A stretch of DNA of 45,239 nt from Candidatus Parcubacteria bacterium. GTDB lineage: Bacteria > Patescibacteriota > Patescibacteriia > CAIXNZ01. A program made the translations under genes and the position numbers. The stretch is from the NCBI GenBank assembly GCA_026395675.1, contig JAPLYF010000084.1:1-45239 (forward strand), in the 5' to 3' direction. Positions within the stretch are counted from its first letter, which is position 1, and each line of letters opens with the position of its first letter. This document shows positions 40,494 to 45,239 of this stretch, piece after piece. Under the pieces are notes generated by a model. The model worked only from the letters and a program-made list of their open reading frames with translations. It ran no database searches and was not told the origin of the DNA.

Positions 40494-41450
40494 CTATTTC
40501 TTCCCCCAGTCAAAAATCGCCCCTTTCACTCCCTTAATATCCTGGATGTACTTATACGCAGTCAAAGCCGCCTTGGCGCCTTCGGCCGCGGAGATTACAA
40601 TTTGCTTAAATTTTATGTTGGTTACATCGCCCGCAGCCAGAACTCCTGCCAAACTTGTCTGACACTGCTCATCAATTATAATTTCATTATTTTCATTTAA
40701 TTTAACCAGCTCTTTAATTGGCGTAGCATCAACAGTGTGGCCGATTTCAATAAAAATACCGTCTAATTTTAATTCTTCTTGGGCTTTAGTTTTAACATCT
40801 TCAATGACCATGCCTTTAACAAATTTGTCACCTTTAATTTCAGTCACAATTTTATTTAATTTTAATTCAATATTTGGGTCTGACTTAATTCTTTCAATTA
40901 AAATTGCCTCACCTCTAAATTCTTCCCGGCGGTGGATCAAAAAAACTTTTTGCGCGATCTTTGCCAAATAATCAGCTGATTCCAGGGCAGAATTGCCGCC
41001 CCCCACCACAGCCACAATTTTATTCTTAAATAATGGGCCATCGCAAGTCGCGCAGTAGGCAACTCCCTTGCCCGTAAATTCTTTTTCACCAGGCACCTGC
41101 AAATTGCTGGGAGTTTTGCCAAAAGCTAAAATTATGGCCAAGGAAAGGTACTCATTGTTGTGTGCGGTTTTAATTTGAAAATGATTATTTGTTTTTTCAA
41201 TTTTAACAATTTCTTCATATTTAAACTGGCAGGCAAATTTTTCCGCCTGCTTTTGGAATTTTTGCATTAATTCATAGCCATTGACTTTATCAAAACCAGG
41301 ATAATTTTCCACCCAGCTCGCACTGCTAGCTTGACCGCCAATATCTTTGGTTAAAATTAAGGTTTTTAAATTGCGGCGCGAAGCATAAATACCGGCAGTT
41401 AAGCCGGCTGGACCGCCGCCAATAATGATTAAGTCGTATTGTTCTGCCAT
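40494..41450 (-). CDS. trxB: thioredoxin-disulfide reductase
   Basis: GGGPAG; CATCDG redox centre; GGGNSA. Confidence 0.95.
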   Translation of the reverse strand: MAEQYDLIIIGGGPAGLTAGIYASRRNLKTLILTKDIGGQASSASWVENYPGFDKVNGYELMQKFQKQAEKFACQFKYEEIVKIEKTNNHFQIKTAHNNEYLSLAIILAFGKTPSNLQVPGEKEFTGKGVAYCATCDGPLFKNKIVAVVGGGNSALESADYLAKIAQKVFLIHRREEFRGEAILIERIKSDPNIELKLNKIVTEIKGDKFVKGMVIEDVKTKAQEELKLDGIFIEIGHTVDATPIKELVKLNENNEIIIDEQCQTSLAGVLAAGDVTNIKFKQIVISAAEGAKAALTAYKYIQDIKGVKGAIFDWGKK

Positions 41451-41468
41451 AGTTTTATAATGTTATTT

Positions 41469-41572
41469 GAACCACGAAAATTTTTTCATCCCGAAGGGAT
41501 CCCTTTGGGACGAAATACACTAAATAAAGTTGAGTCCTTTTCGTGTAATTTCGTGCCAATATTTCGTGGTTC
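41469..41572 (-). repeat. 104-nt TIR-bounded element (copy 2) in the trxA-trxB spacer
   Basis: Ends gaaccacgaaa / tttcgtggttc. Same 48-nt core as copy 1, in the same orientation relative to the downstream gene. Confidence 0.8.
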
Positions 41573-41577
41573 CGTTA

Positions 41578-41901
41578 TCAAATTATCTTTTCTAACTTAG
41601 ATTTTAAACCGTCCAAAGTTTGCGCTCCCACCCATTCTTCAATCACCTGTCCATTTTTAAAAATCTTAAAAGCCGGTATGGACATTATATCATACTTTTG
41701 CGCCAGATCCTGATTTTCATCAACATTGCATTTGGCGATTTTAATGTCTTTACCCTCAAATTCTTTGGCTAATTGTTCTAAAATTGGCACCATCATTTTG
41801 CAGGGACCGCACCATTCTGCCCAAAAATCAACTAAAACAGGAATATTGCTCTTTAAAACTTCTTCTTCAAAGTTAGCTATAGTTAATTTAATTTCAGGCA
41901 T
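41578..41901 (-). CDS. trxA: thioredoxin
   Basis: WAEWCGPCK. ATG at 41901 is preferred over the TTG at 41913. Confidence 0.93.
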   Translation of the reverse strand: MPEIKLTIANFEEEVLKSNIPVLVDFWAEWCGPCKMMVPILEQLAKEFEGKDIKIAKCNVDENQDLAQKYDIMSIPAFKIFKNGQVIEEWVGAQTLDGLKSKLEKII

Positions 41902-41906
41902 AACTA

Positions 41907-41935
41907 TTGACAAAATTTATTAATTATGCTATAAT
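41907..41935 (+). promoter_or_regulatory. perfect consensus promoter TTGACA-17-(TGC)TATAAT
   Basis: Read directly; divergent from trxA; drives the gene at 42004. Confidence 0.6.
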
Positions 41936-42003
41936 TTATTTATCTAAACAAAATTTGATCTTTCCAATTTTAACGTTAATTTAGCCAAAAAGGAGAAGAA
42001 ATA

Positions 42004-42561
42004 ATGCTAAAAAAGTATAGTTGGTTAACTCCCTCAGTTTTTGAGGAGTTATATTGGCCATATCTAGTCCTGGCCATCTTCCCGGTTACTGCATTCTTTG
42101 CCTCACCCTTGCCTTTGTTTTTGGTCCTTGCCTCTATAATCGCCATGAATTTGGCAAAGATTGAAGAGGAAAAGCAAAATAGGTTTAAAAGGGCCAAGCA
42201 ATACAGAGAGAACCGGGAGAAAGAACTGCAGGCCGAAAATGCTGAGCTGGCAAAAAATGGTTTAGCGCTAATACCGCCGTTTAATTTCGGCCCTCTGGAA
42301 ATCCGGTACAAGGCGATCATCATGGATGCCCTGCGCGATTTAACAAAGTACTTCTTCGCCGGACTGGTTTGCTACAGCGCAGGGAAAATTGTCCATTTCC
42401 TTTTTACCGGTATGGGGATCTTTTCAACGGTCCTATTCGCTTACGTCAAGATACTTACGGTTCTTCTACTGGGCGCGACCTCAATCGTTCTTTTATTCCT
42501 CTTACTCCTCTGGCTATCAGACAAGGCCTACGAATTCACTATTAACAAATCCGAGGGCTAA
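42004..42561 (+). CDS. hypothetical membrane protein with a central charged coiled segment
   Basis: Two TM helices, a K/E/R-rich helix, then three TM helices. SD aaggag. Confidence 0.65.
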   Translation: MLKKYSWLTPSVFEELYWPYLVLAIFPVTAFFASPLPLFLVLASIIAMNLAKIEEEKQNRFKRAKQYRENREKELQAENAELAKNGLALIPPFNFGPLEIRYKAIIMDALRDLTKYFFAGLVCYSAGKIVHFLFTGMGIFSTVLFAYVKILTVLLLGATSIVLLFLLLLWLSDKAYEFTINKSEG

Positions 42562-42582
42562 GGGCTAAGAGCAAATACGCTA

Positions 42583-42618
42583 GGCGATCTATATATCTAT
42601 ATGGGTCGCCCTTTTTTT
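42583..42618 (+). terminator. hairpin ggcgatc/ggtcgcc plus T7
   Basis: Lies between the convergent 42004 gene and infB. Confidence 0.5.
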
Positions 42619-44602
42619 ATATTTTTTTAATTATTTTTTCTTCTTGATATAAATTAAGCACATCACCAACCTTGATTTCTTGTTTACCCAAAAATTTTAG
42701 ACCGCACTCCTGGCCTTCAACTACTTCAGTAACTTTTTCTTTGCCTACCTGAACTTCGGCAATTTCACCCGTGGTGATAAATTCTTTCTTTCTATAGACA
42801 TCAGCTTTCAAATCTTTGCTCACTTTACCCTGCAGAACTTTACAGCCCAAAATCATTCCCCGCTCTTCGGTTTTGAAAATAACCTTTACTTCAGCTTTGC
42901 CGATCTCTTTTTTAATAATTTCTGGCTCTAAGAGAGCTGACAATTTTTCCTTAATATCCCCAAGTAATTTATAAATAACATTGTAATATTTTATTTCTAC
43001 TTTTTTGTCTCGGGCTAATTCCTCTGCTAAAGATGAGGCCTTAACATGAAAACCTATGATCAAGGCATTACTTGTTGTTGCCAAATCAATATCATTATCA
43101 GTAATATTGCCCAGTCCTTTGCCAATTATTACGGCTTTAACTTCTTTACTTTCTATTTTTTCAATCGACTCAGCAATAACTTCTAAAGAACCAAGCACAT
43201 CCGCTCTAATAATTATATTTAATTTCTTGACTCCTTCCTCTTCTTTTTCCTTGGGCATTATAAGCCGGCTAGCTAAAGATTCGCCTTTAAGCACTTCATG
43301 AACATTAAATTTCTTATGTTTTCTGGCTATCTCGCCCTTGACTTCAAGAATGTCACCGACTTTGGGCGGCATTTTTAAGCCAATAATTTTTACTGGCGTA
43401 GAAGGACCGGCAAATTCAATATCTTTATTAGTATAATCTTTCAAGGCTCTTGCTTTGCCATAATAAATATCATCTATACACAATTTGTCATTTAATTTTA
43501 AACTGCCATTCTGGATCAAAACAGTAGCCACTGGTCCTTCGCCCTTATCAATGTGGGACTCTATAATTGTCCCAACTGCCTCGCTGTTCGGATTAGCTAA
43601 AATCTTATCTTTTTCCATTTCACTCAGCAGTATAATTGTTTCCATCAGCTCATCCAGGCCAATATTTTCTTTAGCTGAGATTGGCACACAAATTGTCTTG
43701 CCTCCCCAATCCTCAGGTATTAAATTTAGAGAGCTTAAATCTTTTTTAACTTTTTCAATATTGGCTTCTGGCAAATCAATCTTATTTATCGCCACAATAA
43801 AGGGGATTTTTGCTTGCTGTATTATTTTGATTGCTTCGAGAGTTTGCGGCTTAACACTGTCATTGGCAGCGACTACTAAAATAGCCAGATCCGCAGCTTT
43901 GGCCCCTCTTGAACGCATGGCAGTAAAGGCCTCGTGTCCTGGCGTATCAATAAAGGTTATGAGATGGCCTTTCTTTTTCACCTGGTAAGCGCCGATGTGC
44001 TGCGTTATGCCGCCTGCTTCGCCCGCCACCACATTTGTTTTTCTGATCGTATCCAATAATTTGGTTTTGCCATGATCAACATGACCCATCACCACAACTA
44101 CTGGCGGCCTGGCTTTCAAGAATTTTTTGTCTTCTTTTTCAAGAATCTGCTTGATTTTTTCTCCGGCTAATTCTCCCCTGACTACCTCTTCAGCTAAAGA
44201 TATTTTAATGCCAAAGTCATCAGCAATTATTGAAGCAGTATCAAAATCAATCTTTTCATTTAATGAAGATAAAATCCCATTTTTCATTAAGGCCTTAATC
44301 ACCTCGTTGACTGGCTTGGCTATTATTTTGGCAAAATCCCTGACCGTAATGACTGCTGGGATTTCTACCTTTTTTATTTCTGCCTCTGCTACCTCTCCTA
44401 ATTCCTCTAATTCCTGCAATTTAGTTTTTTTATCTGCTTCGATTTTTTCTTTAATTTTTAGACCGATGGCTAAAATTTTTCGAGCCACCTTGTCATCTAT
44501 TTTAATTGCTCTCTTCCCAAAATCAAATCCAAATTCTGGCAAAACCTCCAAAAGTTCGCTGGTTGTGACTTTAATTTTTCTAGCTACTTCGGTAACGTTC
44601 AT
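42617..44602 (-). CDS. infB: translation initiation factor IF-2
   Basis: [24 protein letters not shown]; 661 aa. Confidence 0.97.
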   Translation of the reverse strand: MNVTEVARKIKVTTSELLEVLPEFGFDFGKRAIKIDDKVARKILAIGLKIKEKIEADKKTKLQELEELGEVAEAEIKKVEIPAVITVRDFAKIIAKPVNEVIKALMKNGILSSLNEKIDFDTASIIADDFGIKISLAEEVVRGELAGEKIKQILEKEDKKFLKARPPVVVVMGHVDHGKTKLLDTIRKTNVVAGEAGGITQHIGAYQVKKKGHLITFIDTPGHEAFTAMRSRGAKAADLAILVVAANDSVKPQTLEAIKIIQQAKIPFIVAINKIDLPEANIEKVKKDLSSLNLIPEDWGGKTICVPISAKENIGLDELMETIILLSEMEKDKILANPNSEAVGTIIESHIDKGEGPVATVLIQNGSLKLNDKLCIDDIYYGKARALKDYTNKDIEFAGPSTPVKIIGLKMPPKVGDILEVKGEIARKHKKFNVHEVLKGESLASRLIMPKEKEEEGVKKLNIIIRADVLGSLEVIAESIEKIESKEVKAVIIGKGLGNITDNDIDLATTSNALIIGFHVKASSLAEELARDKKVEIKYYNVIYKLLGDIKEKLSALLEPEIIKKEIGKAEVKVIFKTEERGMILGCKVLQGKVSKDLKADVYRKKEFITTGEIAEVQVGKEKVTEVVEGQECGLKFLGKQEIKVGDVLNLYQEEKIIKKI

Positions 44603-44710
44603 ATTTACTAAAATTCAAAAATAAAAATTACAATTCAAAATCCAAAATTTTAATTTTTAAACTGTAATTTTGCACTTTAAACTTTAAATTTTAAATTTAA
44701 TACTTATTAA

Positions 44711-44739
44711 ATAATATACTTTTAACTAGTAAAAGTCAA
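44711..44739 (-). promoter_or_regulatory. promoter TTGACT-17-TATTAT upstream of infB
   Basis: RC of 44734-44739 and 44711-44716. Confidence 0.4.
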
Positions 44740-44751
44740 TTAAACGCGGTC

Positions 44752-44780
44752 TTGCAAAAAAAAAGAATCCATGCTAAACT
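44752..44780 (+). promoter_or_regulatory. promoter TTGCAA-17-TAAACT upstream of rny
   Basis: Read directly; would give a leader of about 200 nt. Confidence 0.35.
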
Positions 44781-44986
44781 AAAATCACTAATAAATAAAC
44801 AAATAGAGATAGGGATTTTTCTCAAAGAGTCACAATTTCATTTGACTGCGACTGATTAAACTTAAAAATGAACTCATATAAGCAAACTTTACCATCATTT
44901 AAAAAAAATCGATTAAGCACTGACCTAATCGATCTCTCTTAGGTTCCTTTTATCAATCCTTCCCTCTATTTTCTTATAGGAGAACT

Positions 44987-45239
44987 ATGGACAGCTTAAA
45001 TTTTATTATTTCAGCAATAGCTATCGTTGCTGGTTTTGTTATTGGCTATTTTGTGCGCAAATACATTGCTAAAAGAGAAATCGAAGGCGCTGAAGCCAAG
45101 GCCGAACATTTAATCAATGAGGCCAAAAATAAACAAAAAGAAATTTTACTTCAGGCCAGGGACAAGGCCTTAAAAATTATCGATGATGCCAAAAGAGAAG
45201 AGCAGCAAAGGCGCAACGAATTAGTGCATATCCAGCAAA
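44987..45239 (+). CDS. rny: ribonuclease Y, N-terminal part (runs off the window)
   Basis: MDSLNFIISAIAIVAGFVIGYFVRKYIAKREIEGAEAKAEHLINEAKNKQKEILLQARDKALKI...RRNEL is a TM helix plus coiled coil typical of RNase Y. SD aggag. Confidence 0.7.
   Translation, partial: MDSLNFIISAIAIVAGFVIGYFVRKYIAKREIEGAEAKAEHLINEAKNKQKEILLQARDKALKIIDDAKREEQQRRNELVHIQQ

Noticed and set aside
2351-44624. Numerous 60-170-aa ORFs antisense to, or out of frame within, conserved genes (for example 2351-2548, 5278-5649, 12848-13321, 23402-23773, 36542-36973, 43485-43988, 44127-44624, 41976-42323)
   Set aside because: Each lies inside a confidently identified gene. They have low-complexity, Ser/Leu/Phe-rich translations typical of antisense AT-rich sequence, and no start signals.
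1-45239. Alternative genetic code (UGA recoding, as in some CPR-related lineages)
   Set aside because: All conserved proteins (EF-Tu, EF-G, IF-2, LeuS, SecY, r-proteins) are intact, at normal length, under the standard code. TGA also serves as a plausible stop for the 34-aa peptide.

Overview
AT-rich bacterial segment, about one-third GC by eye, with the hallmarks of a Candidate Phyla Radiation (Patescibacteria)-type genome. The standard genetic code applies: all conserved proteins are full length. The left 19.8 kb (minus strand) is a near-complete str-S10-spc ribosomal supercluster: rpsL-rpsG-[MazG-like]-fusA-[HD-GYP, acidic ORF]-tuf-rpsJ-rplC...rpsE-rplO-secY-adk-map. It has no rpmD (L30), several K/E-rich r-protein extensions and unusually long, structured intergenic spacers. 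A plus-strand block follows: rpmB, DUF5679, tRNA-Pro(GGG), a DedA-PAP2-LssY fusion, a P-type ATPase, a four-helix-bundle (IVS/Avd-like) gene, a GIY-YIG gene, tRNA-Pro(CGG) and an L,D-transpeptidase. A second minus-strand block carries small Zn-ribbon and membrane peptides, ndk, a split comEC, a 1100-aa surface protein, a GT2, leuS, one visibly GC-rich foreign-looking gene, a CoA-binding protein, a ZAS-like Zn-finger, trxB and trxA. After it come a plus-strand membrane protein gene, infB (minus strand) and the start of rny (plus strand). The most unusual content is non-coding. (1) A tRNA-like cloverleaf has a palindrome in place of its anticodon arm, and its two halves are separated by a 401-nt GIY-YIG + tRNA-Pro segment bounded by 27-nt direct repeats. 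(2) A family of twin-hairpin elements shows fully compensatory substitutions, and some copies sit exactly on start codons. (3) Two 104-120-nt elements bounded by terminal inverted repeats (TIRs) share an identical 48-nt core. (4) REP-like GTCCCGC palindromes recur. (5) TGCTATAAT extended -10 promoters lie 6-9 nt from ATG codons, implying leaderless mRNAs. All calls come from reading the sequence only; no database search was run.
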